DNA from: Eledone cirrhosa
Taxonomy: Eukaryota
Length of the DNA: 64,000 nucleotides
Direction: 5' to 3'
Assembly: GCA_964016885.1 (NCBI GenBank)
Contig: OZ024755.1
Span: forward strand, 20,336,001-20,400,000
A program made the translations under genes and the position numbers. Below, in pieces: positions 40,328-52,660 of the stretch; position 1 is the stretch's first letter; each line of letters begins with the position of its first letter. The notes under the pieces were generated by a model, which searched no databases, had not been told where the DNA came from, and saw only the letters and a program-made list of their open reading frames with translations.

Positions 40328-41153
40328 GAAGAGGAAGAAGTAGACAAAGACGAAGAAGACGAAGAAGTAGACAAAGAAGACAAAGAAGACGAAGAAGAAG
40401 ACGAAGAAGAAGACGGAGAAGACGACAAAGAAGACGAAGAAGAAGACAAAGACGAAGAAGAAGACAAAGAAGACGAAGAAGAAGACAAAGAAGACAAAGA
40501 AGACAAAGAAGAAGACAAAGAAGACAAAGAAGAAGACAAAGAAGACGAAGAAGAAGACAAAGAAGACGAAGAAGAAGACAAAGAAGACGAAGAAGAAGAC
40601 AAAGAAGACGAAGAAGAAGACAAAGACGAAGGCGAAGAAGAAGGCGAAGGCGAAGGCGAAGGCGAAGAAGAAGACAAAGAAGACGAAGAAGAAGACGACG
40701 AAGAAGAAGACAAAGAAGACGAAGAAGAAGACAAAGAAGACGAAGACAAAGAAGACGAAGACAAAGAAGACGAAGACAAAGAAGACGAAGACGAAGAAGA
40801 AGACAAAGAAGAAGACAAAGAAGACGAAGAAGAAGACAAAGAAGACGAAGAAGAAGACAAAGACGAAGAGGAAGGCGAAGACAAAGAGGAAGGCGAAGAG
40901 GAAGGCGAAGAGGAAGGCGAAGAGGAAGGCGAAGAGGAAGGCGAAGAGGAAGGCGAAGAGGAAGGCGAAGAGGAAGGCGAAGAGGAAGGCGAAGAAGAAG
41001 GCGAAGAAGAAGGCGAAGAAGAAGGCGAAGAAGAAGGCGAAGAAGAAGGCGAAGAAGAAGGCGAAGAAGAAGAAGGCGAAGAAGAAGAAGGCGAAGAAGA
41101 AGAAGGCGAAGAAGAAGAAGGCGAAGAAGAAGAAGGCGAAGAAGAAGAAGACA
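40328..41153 (+). repeat. GAA-based compound triplet repeat (GAA/GAC/AAA/GGC/GAG)
   Basis: No T on the + strand for ~790 nt; gives an acidic E/D/K/G ORF and mirror F/L/S ORFs. Confidence 0.95.
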
Positions 41154-41634
41154 AAAATCACGCATTTCAGACTGTTATTTTCTCTATATTCGAAGTGGTG
41201 AGCGTTTCCGGCGTTAGTTTCAAACTGTTTGAAATGTAACCGCCTAATTACGTGATTGGTTCTATATCTTGTGTCTACGTATTCCTACGCCTTTGGAAAC
41301 CACATGACGACAGTGGCAGGAAAGAAGTACTGCTGCGTCACTGGTAGACCCTTGCGATAGAACGAGAAGGATCGCTCCCTTTGAGGACATTCTGTATTGA
41401 TATTTAGCTTCCTCTATTCCTACTGTTTCTATTCATGGATGGAGTACTCCCCTGATTTGCGGTCTCAGCAATCTCAGCACCACAGACGTTATATTTCACC
41501 CAACAGCTACAGCAATAAAGATACTTCCCATATTCCATTGCTCCATAGAATACTTAAGAACTTCGTATTCATTGAATGAAAGTAGACTCTTAGTGAAACT
41601 GCTGATGGTACTTCTACTTTGCTCATTTATTTTC

Positions 41635-42120
41635 ACTCATATGCTAAATTAATTGTTTCTACGTTTGGCACAAGGCCAGCAATTATCCAGTACATTACTG
41701 GTACTTTATTTTATCGACCCCATAAGGATGAAAGGCAAAGTTAACCTCAGCAGGATTTGAACTCATATGCTAAATTAATTGTTTCTACGTTTGGCACAAG
41801 GCCAGCAATTATCCAGTACATTACTGGTACTTTATTTTATCGACCTCGTAAGGATGAAAGGCAAAGTTAACCTCAGCAGGATTTGAACTCATATGCTAAA
41901 TTAATTGTTTCTACGTTTGGCACAAGGCCAGCAATTATCCAGTACATTACTGGTACTTTATTTTATCGACCCCATAAGGATGAAAGGCAAAGTTAACCTC
42001 AGCAGGATTTGAACTCATATGCTAAATTAATTGTTTCTACGTTTGGCACAAGGCCAGCAATTATCCAGTACATTACTGGTACTTTATTTTATCGACCCCG
42101 TAAGGATGAAAGGCAAAATT
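41635..42120 (-). repeat. Tandem array (126-bp unit, ~3.9 copies) of a SINE 3' fragment plus target flank
   Basis: actcatatgctaaattaattgtttctacg... restarts at 41635, 41761, 41887 and 42013. Confidence 0.95.
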
Positions 42121-42832
42121 AATGTCATCTATTCAGTAATCTGCTGTTTTCTTCTGTATACATAGCACTTATTTCTCATTAGATAAAATGTAAATACAAT
42201 ACTGAAGGGTCGAAGATACGAGAAGTATTTAATCTTCACTCAGCATGCCGAGGAGTTTTAATATAAATATATCGTAAAATATTTCTGCTATTATAGAGCC
42301 ATGCATGTACATAAAGCATAATAATTTACAAATCTTTGAAACATTTCGGTGTACAGTAATGCTATTATGTTATCGAGTACACTATAGTTGTCATAAAGGT
42401 GATTTCAAATATAGATTAATGACCAGACAGCCAATGTCAAAAACCTGAAACCCTTGTTAAAAGGTTATATTAGATGTGCAGTAATAACCAAAGAGTCGCA
42501 AAGATTAAAAAGGAAATCTAACTTTGTCAGAATAAATTGACAGGTGTGCATTAATGGCCTAACAAACATGAGATTAAGAATCACAAAACCTTTTCAGATA
42601 ATATTACTATATTTGTAATCTCGCAGACATTAAGCAACTACATTTTCAGATATCATTTCATGACGGCTGCTGCAGTCAAAATAACAGTAGTTCAAGTTTC
42701 ATAAAATACATTTACATGATTGAAACTTGACAGTAAAATGTTCATTTATTTGGCAAAAAAAGTATAAAAGAGAAAAGAAAATTGCGTAATTACAAATGTC
42801 TGAAACCATTTCACTGACCAATACCAATTCCT

Positions 42833-43730
42833 CATCAGACCTAACTACTTTATCGTTCTTTAGATCTTTATTTCATTAGATTCATATGAGACGGCAAAGA
42901 CCATGCTGTGACATCAGAACTAACTATTTTTTTCTTTAGATTCATATGATATGGCAAAGGCCATGCTGTGACATCAGAACTAACTATTTTTTCTTTCTTT
43001 AGAATCATATGATATGGCAAAGGCCATGCTGTGACATCAAAACTAACTATTTTTTCTTTCTTTAGAATCATATGATATGGCAAAGGCCATGCTGTGACAT
43101 CAGAACTAACTATTTTTTTCTTTAGATTCATATGATATGGCAAAGGCCATGCTGTGACATCAGAACTAACTATTTTTTCTTTCTTTAGAATCATATGATA
43201 TGGCAAAGGCCATGCTGTGACATCAAAACTAACTATTTTTTCTTTCTTTAGAATCATATGATATGGCAAAGGCCATGCTGTGACATCAGAACTAACTATT
43301 TTTTTCTTTAGATTCATATGATATGGCAAAGGCCATGCTGTGACATCAGAACTAACTATTTTTTCTTTCTTTAGAATCATATGATATGGCAAAGGCCATG
43401 CTGTGACATCAGGACTAACTATTTTTTTCTTTAGATTCATATGATATGGCAAAGGCCATGCCGTGACATCAGAACTAACTATTTTTTCTTTCTTTAGATT
43501 CACATGATATGGCAAAGGCCATGCTGTGACATCAGAACTAACTATTTTTTCTTTCTTTAGGTTCATATGATATGGCAAAGGCCATGCTGTGACATCAGAA
43601 CTAACTATTTTTTCTTTCTTTAGATTTATATGATATGTCAAAAGCCATGCTGTGACATCAGACCTAACTACTTTCTCGTTCTTTAGTTCATTAGATACAT
43701 ATGTTATGGCAAAGGCTATGTTATAACATC
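42833..43730. repeat. 60/63-bp minisatellite, 13 core units plus degenerate flanks
   Basis: ccatgc(t/c)gtgacatca at 42901, 42961, 43024, 43087, 43147, 43210, 43273, 43333, 43396, 43456, 43519, 43582 and 43645. Confidence 0.95.
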
Positions 43731-44160
43731 TTATATATGTTTACACGTTCTCTTATTCGTTTACAGGAGTAGAGTGATAAGAAACTCCAAGGAGAGCTAG
43801 ACTGCAGAAGGTCTTCAAGAGAAGAAACCCCACCTTAAATAAGTGTTTCGGCCCTTTACAATTGTTAATCAGTGGTTCATAGCGCCTTCAGACTCAATGC
43901 TGTATGGATATTTTGGCATGCTGGGATAGGGGAGCTTACTAAAATGATTAGATTTCTGTATATTGTCCTGTTTAAGCTAAGATCAACTTTGATCCAACAG
44001 ATCTATTATCAAGACATTCCAACTTTGATCCAACATACCTATTATCAAAACATTCCAGCTGTGACTGCATTATACAATATGTTATTCCATTGGTTTAAAC
44101 AGTAGAGCGTGCTGTATGGAGCTGATGTGATTGCTTATCTAGTATGTAAAGTGTCAAATT

Positions 44161-44438
44161 GGAGGCACGTGGCCTGGTGGCAAGGCTGTTGGATTATGAT
44201 CATAACATCGTGGATCTTATTCCTGGGTTGGGTTGTGTGTTGTGTCATTGAAGAAAAAGACACTTCATTTCACGTTGCTCCTGTATACTCAGCTGAAAAT
44301 GAGTACCAGCAATAGGTGAGAGTTTAACCCTGCGATGGACATGCGTCCTATCCAGTGGGAAGTCTTGTACTCTCATTCGTTTCACGGAAACCGGATTAAA
44401 CACCGGCCTGGTGAGCCTTCAGATTCGAGACAGACTTT
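44161..44438 (+). mobile_element. CORE-like SINE family 2, full length
   Basis: ggaggcacgtggcctggtgg head, ttgtgtcattgaagaaaaagacacttcatttcacgttgctc core, ccctgcgatggac...ggaaaccgga tail. Confidence 0.75.
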
Positions 44439-44546
44439 ATAAAATGTCAAATTGGGGACCTTCTTTATTTTTAGAAAGCATACGTTGTTATATTTATTCC
44501 TTGTCCAAAGACTTCAAAATATCTGTATATATGTATGTATATGCGC

Positions 44547-44773
44547 GTGTGTATATATATATATATATATATTTATAATCTGAGTTGTTCGAATATTAAT
44601 AATAATAATATTCGATTCGTTTGCAATTATGCAAACAGCCCCATTTTTAAAGCCATGCCAGTGGAATGAGCCCCTCATTCTTTAAAAATGTGGCTGTTTG
44701 CATAATTGCAAACGAATCGAATATTATTATTATTAATATTCGAACAACTCAGATTATATATATATACACACAC
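44547..44773. repeat. Nested palindrome, ~67-bp perfect arms
   Basis: 44574-44640 is the reverse complement of 44692-44758; the spacer holds further stems (catttttaaag/ctttaaaaatg; gaatgag/ctcattc). Confidence 0.95.
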
Positions 44774-44870
44774 GTTGACTTTGCCTTTCATCCTTATGGG
44801 GTCGATAAAATAAAGTACCAGTAATGCACTGGGTAATTGCTGGCCTTGTGCCTAAAGTAGAAACAATTAT
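44774..44870 (+). mobile_element. SINE family 1 3' fragment
   Basis: Consensus match. Confidence 0.85.
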
Positions 44871-44921
44871 TAATATTCGAAAAACTCAGATTGCATTTAT
44901 TGCATTGAGCCATGTAGAGCG

Positions 44922-44968
<47 letters not shown>

Positions 44969-44969
<1 letters not shown>

Positions 44970-45165
44970 CGAAGGAAATGTGGTAAGGAACCAGGTGGAC
45001 CATAACGCACCAGAGTACTCAATACTTAGAATAGTAGAGTGGGTAATAGGAAAATGTTCAAGACCTCGACGGAAGAGCTCAAGCCGTTTCGACGGCTATT
45101 TCTGGACAGAAATAGCCGTCGAAAGGGCTTGAGCTCTTCCGTCGAGGTCTTGAACATTTTCCTAT
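44969..45165 (-). mobile_element. TA-flanked hairpin element, copy A
   Basis: 59-bp arms (one mismatch) at 45046-45165 plus a ~77-bp tail homologous to copies B and C; strand is given relative to B and C. Confidence 0.8.
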
Positions 45166-45230
45166 ATATATATATATATATATATACGAAATCACCTTAC
45201 CATGAGACGCTTTGTACATCCATGACATTG

Positions 45231-45269
<39 letters not shown>

Positions 45270-45763
45270 ATCTTACTCAATACTAATAACTGAAATGAAT
45301 CCAGGATAACAGAACACTCTTACAGAATCAGTGATATAATGGTGATAGTGAACAAATCAAATTAATTAGGGTTATCAATAAAATTAATATAATTAACAAC
45401 CTAGCTACAATCAAATTAGTTAATAAAAATAATATATATGTGTGAGTGTGTGCGCGTGCGTGCGTGTGTTTGTGTGTGTGTGTGTGCGAGTATTTGAGAG
45501 TGCGTGTGAGCGTGTGAGTGTGCGTGCGTGCGTGTGCGTGTGCGTGTGCGTGCTTGTGCGTGTGCGTGTTTGTGTGTGTTTGTGCGTGTGTGTTTGTGTG
45601 TTTGTGCGTGTGTGTGTGTGTGATCTGTATGGGTTTTCGTCTATCAAACTCCCCTTTCAAGGTATTGGATACTTCACGCCTACTGCAGGGGAAAGGACTT
45701 TACCGTGATGTTGCGCTGTGACATCGAAATGGAAACTATGTTCGAAATGTGGATCCAAACGTA

Positions 45764-45802
<39 letters not shown>

Positions 45803-46530
45803 TCTTCGGCGTATGTCTTGAGCTGAGCTTATTGTATCCCACGAGAAGCATTTATTGTCATTCAGTAATTCAGTAATATAGTAACATATTTAAATACACT
45901 TCATCATGCGTGTCCATTTTATAGAAGACGTTTAAATCTAAGCCAGTGTAATCAAATTTGCGTATATATGAAAATATCTCGGTACAAATTTCATCTTCCA
46001 ACAATTTTCTACATAACTATACCTTAACGTTTTTCGTAGATTAGTTTTCAATTAATGAGTATCGTCATAGAAAAGAATATTGCTTTAATAGCACAGTAAA
46101 ATAATATTTCGGATTGCTTAATTCTGCATACTTTTTTTTTATATTTCCGTTCTGTTCATATTCAGAAGACTTACAAACATATTATTACTTTTCTATTGCA
46201 GACATTAGCTATCAGCACAAAATTCAAACTTAATTAAGCTCTATTCGATATTAAAGGAAACTAGGTCATAACAATTCATAGAGTACAAACTACTTTCTAA
46301 TAACATGTGATCATCGGGAATCTGCTCATGGTGATTTCTCTCACCAACCTATTTCGATACTCACTAGATTCAATTTCACTCCACTTGGGATGATAATTCC
46401 CGGGGGGTGGGGGGATTAATATTTCATTCAATTTCTTCTGAACAAGGAAATCTGATACACTTTTACTATATAAAGAACTCATTATCTCTCTCTCATACAC
46501 ACACAATATTATATATATATATATATATAT

Positions 46531-46717
46531 ATAGGAACCAGTAAGACCCCGACAGCTGAGCTCAAGCCGTTTCGACGGCTAATTCAGAATTAGCCGTCGA
46601 AACGGCTTGAGCTCAGCTGTCGGGGTCTTACTGGTTCCTATTACCCACTCTACTACCTCAAGTATTGAGTACTTTGGTGCGTTATGGTCCACCTGGTTCC
46701 TTACCACATTTCCTTCG
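46531..46717 (+). mobile_element. TA-flanked hairpin element, copy B
   Basis: Perfect 55-bp arms at 46531-46641 with 1-nt centre, then tail tacccactctacta...ccacatttccttcg. Confidence 0.8.
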
Positions 46718-46732
46718 TTATATATATATATC

Positions 46733-46922
46733 TAAGGCGGGTAAAATTCCCGAGATCCATGGACGAGTTCTCTCCAGCGGTCTCTGATCCATGTCCTGCG
46801 TCTCCAACAGACCAGTGTCTGTCCTTAGGACATCAACATACGTTAACCTTGGTCTTCCACTTCTAGTGTGTCCATGTCGGGGCTCCCACAGGAGCACTGA
46901 GTGCAATGTTAACTCTGGATGT
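46733..46922 (-). mobile_element. 3' fragment of the second RTE family
   Basis: HSVLLWEPRHGHTRSGRPRLTYVDVLRTDTGLLETQDM; homologous to ~34310-34512. Confidence 0.9.
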
Positions 46923-47937
46923 CTATGAATGTATATATATATATAACTCTGGATGTATATGAATGTATATATATATATATATAACTCTGGATGTCTATGA
47001 ATGTATATATATATATATAACTCTGGATGTCTATGAATGTATATATATATATAACTCTGGATGTATATGAATGTATATATATATATATAACTCTGGATGT
47101 ATATGAATGTATATATATATATATATATATATAACTCTGGATGTATATGAATGTATATATATATATATAACTCTGGATGTATATGAATGTATATATATAT
47201 ATAACTCTGGATGTCTATGAATGTATATATATAACTCTGGATGTATATGAATGTATATATATATATATAACTCTGGATGTATATGAATGTATATATATAT
47301 ATATAACTCTGGATGTATATGAATGTATATATATATATATATATAACTCTGGATGTATATGAATGTATATATATATATATATATAACTCTGGATGTATAT
47401 GAATGTATATATATATATAACTCTGGATGTATATGAATGTATATATATATATATATATAACTCTGGATGTCTATGAATGTATATATATATATATAACTCT
47501 GGATGTCTATGAATGTATATATATATATAACTCTGGATGTATATGAATGTATATATATATATATAACTCTGGATGTATATGAATGTATATATATATATAT
47601 ATATATATAACTCTGGATGTATATGAATGTATATATATATATATAACTCTGGATGTATATGAATGTATATATATATATAACTCTGGATGTCTATGAATGT
47701 ATATATATAACTCTGGATGTATATGAATGTATATATATATATATAACTCTGGATGTATATGAATGTATATATATATATATAACTCTGGATGTATATGAAT
47801 GTATATATATATATATATATAACTCTGGATGTATATGAATGTATATATATATATATATATAACTCTGGATGTATATGAATGTATATATATATATATATAA
47901 CTCTGGATGTATATGAATGTATATATATATATATAAC
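46910..47937. repeat. Minisatellite taactctggatgt(a/c)tatgaatg(ta)n, ~28 units
   Basis: Units counted by eye; (TA) number varies per unit. Confidence 0.95.
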
Positions 47938-48062
47938 TTTCTGTTCCTACTCCGAGTTTCACGAATTCACACTGATCCACGCAACAGATTTGTGTAATCA
48001 AAGATGATTCGCTGAACTTGAAGTAGCTGCAGAAAGTAATCCAAGCATTATAATACATAATC

Positions 48063-48250
48063 ACGGTGGATTGGAAGTATCAGTTGAGGGTCGAACTCCA
48101 TGCTTTGACGCAAAGTGTTTCAACCCTTTACAATCTGAGTTCAAATCGCGCCGAGGTTGACTTTGCCTTTCATCCTTACGGGGTCGATAAAATAAAGTAC
48201 CAGTAATGTACTGGGTTATTGCTGGCCTTGTGCCAAAAGTAGAAACAATT
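48063..48250 (+). mobile_element. Full-length SINE family 1 with 16-bp TSD
   Basis: attataatacataatc at 48047-48062 and 48248-48263. Confidence 0.9.
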
Positions 48251-48451
48251 ATAATACATAATCTCACACTGCTTCCGTATTCGGTAGTTTGTTTTTTTTT
48301 CGTGTGTGTGAATCAATCCAAACCTACATAGATACACGCATACATACATATTTATTTATAAGTATGTATATAGTTAAAACATGGTTCAAGTTACATACGA
48401 GAATCGAAAGTTAATTACGACAGCCCCATCCAATAATAATTAATTGATGAT

Positions 48452-48855
48452 AATAATTGTTTCTACTTTTGGCACACGGCCAGCAATTATCCCAGTGTAT
48501 TACTGGTACTTTATTTTATCGACCCCGCAAGGATGAAAGGCAAAGTTAACCTCGGCGGGATTTGAACTCAGACCATAAAGGGGCATAACTCTTTGCAGCA
48601 AAGCATAATGTGTTCTTATTAAATATTTTGGGTTCTTATTAAAAATATGATTCCATATCATGTTGATCAGCGACGTACTTTCAAACAAGAGTTTTTTCTC
48701 CGGGCACAAATTATTCAAACCTCCTCCTGCGTATGTTTCAGCATTAGTAATAATTGTTTCTACTTTTTGGCACAAGGCCAGCAATTATCCCAGTGTATTA
48801 CTGGTACTTTATTTTATCGACCCCGTAAGGATGAAAGGCAGAGTTAACCTCGGCA
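48452..48855 (-). mobile_element. Two truncated SINE family 1 copies (48452-48608, 48748-48855)
   Basis: Reverse-complement consensus matches. Confidence 0.85.
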
Positions 48856-51046
48856 TTGGTAATAATGCTGCGTCTTATGTAGTATGATATCCCTGTTATC
48901 GAGTAAAGACTAAAAGTGTCTAGAGAAGTGTGTTGCCTGCTTCTTTTTCTGATGTCTGAAAGAATGCTTATGTTGTATTAAACTGGATTTGAGGCAGTTC
49001 ACCGTTGTATAAATGTACGACGATTCCTGTGTGTTAAACGTCGCACCTATACACTAGATTCATTGATGGGCAAGTATTGAGGTTGCAGCAATTACAACAA
49101 GGTGTTTCAGTCACGTTGGTGTGATTAATGGATCTGGGGCTGTTTAGCTTAGTCCTGTTAGACACTGCACGTAATGAGTAAAGCGCTCATCCATCTTCCA
49201 AAAGATATATGGTTCGATTCATTGGAGCTGTTTCAGTACATATTTTCCGTCTACAGCGGAATTGTTCAACTGTTATCCATGGGGATTGACCAATATAATT
49301 TATTTACTCATTTCAAGGATTATGATAATTTAAATTTAGCTTCATAAAGTAAAAACAAAGTAGACAACCGAAGCCAGTAAACAATACTAATATTGAACTT
49401 TCGAAGTTTATAAACCGTTAGGATATTTCCCACAGGATTTATTAGGAGTGCACGTTGGATTTATTCCCTTTATTTCTACAGGAAATAAATATACTTTTAC
49501 ATATAAATCGCCTTCCTAGATTACAGCTCTCTGATAAAATAAAATCTTCTTTCTGGGATTGTGCTTTCTCTGTGAGAAAATATTTTCTTATTTAGTTCAT
49601 TAGATTCCGAGCAACATGCCAAGAAACAAACCACTGACATTCTCTCAGAGTTTAGTTCGGTGGAATCAATTTATAACTTCAGAAGTAAACTTACGATAAA
49701 ACCTGGTTATTAGACTTCTAGACATTTATTGGAAAGTCTGTAAGAAAATGCATTTTGAAATAACAAATCCCTGCTACTAAAAATTACATTAGAATTTTCC
49801 ATTAGCTTTTACCTTTTGCTCTCGGCAACAAATACAATATAACCATTGTCAATCTCGTGGCGTTTATTACTTTGGTTATCGGCAGCTTTATTGTAATCCG
49901 TCCATTTCCTAATATTTAAATATTTGTATTGACTGAATAAATTTCAGTCAACTGATTTCGACTTTAGACTATTTTCCTTTTTCAATAGAAATTATACCGC
50001 ATATACCATGGTCCCATGGTATATCCGAAAGGTTGGCGTTTTCACCTCTCACAGCAAATCAACTCACTGCAATATATGTTTTTCTGTCTGCGAACTTATA
50101 TTGATTAAGTTTCGCTGATGCAGAGCAACACATCGGCTTCCGGATCTTACCTGATTTCCCTATGTTGTTGAATATTTGATGCACTGGTGAATGTTTTCTA
50201 ACGCCCACCACTGAATTAATCACTTAACTATAGTAAATCGTTTAAATATATACTTCGGGTTTTGTTTCCTGTAAAATCAGTCATACTTCAATAGGTTTGC
50301 CAATTTTAACAATATTTGTGAGACCAGTCCTACACAAAAGACAAGACAATATATTTTGACATTCATCATTTCATTAGTTCTGACTACTCTACCAGTTGCA
50401 ATTGGCCTATGATATATACAGATCATTGATCCCTTCATTTGCTCTATTCTGCTCACAGCGTCTGACTTATTGATTTTCATCCAGTGGTTTTTTTTCTGAG
50501 TGTATATGCTTATTCAATCTCTAATGATAAATTTTTATGCCGCATGTTATCAATAACTCTAGGATTTCCATTCTCTTTCAGTTTGTATTCCCATATTGAT
50601 AAATAGTTGTCTATCTAAGTGCAAATAATTCATACAAAAATGTTATTATCTATAACATATTGTATTTTTTAGAAAATGTATTTCTGGTGGATATTATCTC
50701 TTTTCATTAATTGCAACAGTCATTTTATTCCAACTTATTTGGTGCATTGTAACCCACTGAAAACAAATACACTTGCCAAGCTTTCTTTCATTGTTTCATA
50801 TCAACCCATACGTTGAGCTGTGGGTATAGAATATCATTTTTCACAGATTTTATGTTGTATCGAGATTGATTTTTAATGAAGGAACAGGGTGAACTAATTT
50901 AGTTCAGTGGCGAAAATAGTCAAAATAAGAAAGAAATTAGTGCTAAAGATATAATACGGATAGCTCTACAAATATAGATTTACTTGAAAGTGTATACATT
51001 TTTCAGTCTTAAACAGTACATATATTCATAGACAGTTATTTATTTA

Positions 51047-51237
51047 ATAATTGTCTCTGATTTAGGTACAAGGCCAACACACTGAGGCGAAAATCGATTA
51101 TATCGACCCCAGTGCGTGACTGATACTTTATTTTATCGACCCCGTAAAGATAACCTCGACGGGATTTGAACTCGGAACGTAACTATGCCGTGAAGCACGT
51201 TGTGCGATGTGCAACCGATACTGTCGATCCGCTGCCC
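51047..51237 (-). mobile_element. SINE family 1, long-tail subfamily, degenerate
   Basis: Reverse-complement consensus match. Confidence 0.75.
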
Positions 51238-52033
51238 TTCATTTATTTGATAATAAAATAATATACAAGCCTAATAACCACATGTTTACTCGTTTGTCAA
51301 TATTTGCTGCAAATAAGTAAAAATTATGGAAATGAGTTTTATTTCAAAATAAAGCAATGAATAGAATGTAAAGAAATTTAACTTTACAATGTCTGTCTTT
51401 AGTAACAGTTTACCTAGTAGCAAGTTTCTCTTAAAGTAGATTATTTTCCTTTATTATATATACAATGGTATTTTATAAAAGAAATTGATTTTTGTCTGTT
51501 TCTTTTTTCACAAGAACGGTTAAAAATCTAAGCAAAATAATATACCATAAACTGAATATACAAACAGTGTCATGTAAAGACAAGACCTACCTCTTGAGCA
51601 CAAGAAAAGCAACACTTTACGACTAAATATTTACTAAAAAACACACATTTACAAAATTACTGGAGACAGATGTATCAGAGCGTTCATGTTTTTTTCAAAA
51701 TAAGATTGATTCTGTCCAGGTATCGAAACCTTGATAAAGACTCAGCTTGATGAGGAACTGTCAAACTGTGAACTAATGTAAAAAAGCGGCACGGGTTATT
51801 ACTTTCATGACCCTGTGTAAAGGCTTTCAGCATCACCTATATGAAAGTCAAAACCACTCAACATAGATGAGTTGGTGATGTAGGGTATATGTTGGCGAAA
51901 TAACTTACTGTCGAAATGTATTGAAAGCAAGCTAAACGGGTAGAAATAAACCAGTAAAATTACTAAGAAAGTTAAAATGTTAATGAAGTAACCACTGAAA
52001 TATCGCGTTCATTTGTAAACTAATTATTCAATC

Positions 52034-52660
52034 TTTTTTTTTTTTTTTAAACTGTTGTCATATTTACAAAAATGATACGCGATGGGGCCCACCCACAGCC
52101 CCGGCGGAGAGAATGGAGAAGGCGTTTCCCAGGAGGACGGCAAGGGAGACGCGCTGGAAAAGCCACTCCAGCTCGCGAGGCTCACACCTGCGGCTGGCCA
52201 GCTCAGCGCCTATGGTGGTGAGTAAGAAGGTAGCCCTGGGGCCGAGGACACCAGAAGTCTCCACTGCCAGGGGTACGACCGCAAACCTGTCGGAGAGCGA
52301 CCGGAGTTTGGCCTCCTCAGCCCGACGTGCAGCAGAACCTGGGTCAGTCGAAGACTGCACCAGGTTGCAGCTGCAGAAAGTGTCGGTGCAAGTGGCATCC
52401 CAGACGAGGGGTTTGCCACCGCGGAACGGGAAGATGGTCATGCCATCTGGGCTTTTGCCGTCCCCTCGATCCAGCGCCACCGGCTCGAGCTGGGAAGGGA
52501 AGCCTGCAGCGACCAAGCCATGCTTAATGACCGCGTTGAGGGCAGCATGGCGTAGAATGCGGCCGGCACTGTGACGACAGGAAAGCGAGTGGAGGCCGAA
52601 AGGGTCCACGGTGGAACCGCAGCGACATTGGTGTGGCTGGCAGATCCGGAGGTCAAGCCA
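52034..52660 (-). mobile_element. 5'-truncated CRE-clade non-LTR retrotransposon (zinc knuckle plus restriction-like endonuclease)
   Basis: CRC..H..SC, RH..LN, LEP, PDG, WD, AE.AK, VPLAVETSG.LG, QRVS.A..GNA; A15 tail (T run 52034-52048); possible caatc TSD at 52029 and 52661. Confidence 0.85.

Noticed and set aside
41200-41345. Possible promoter (CCAAT, TACGTG, TGCGTCA motifs)
   Set aside because: Short motifs expected by chance; no linked exon or start site.
42795-42842. CUGAUGA...GAAA on minus (also 39555-39585)
   Set aside because: Stems I and II do not pair in hammerhead register.
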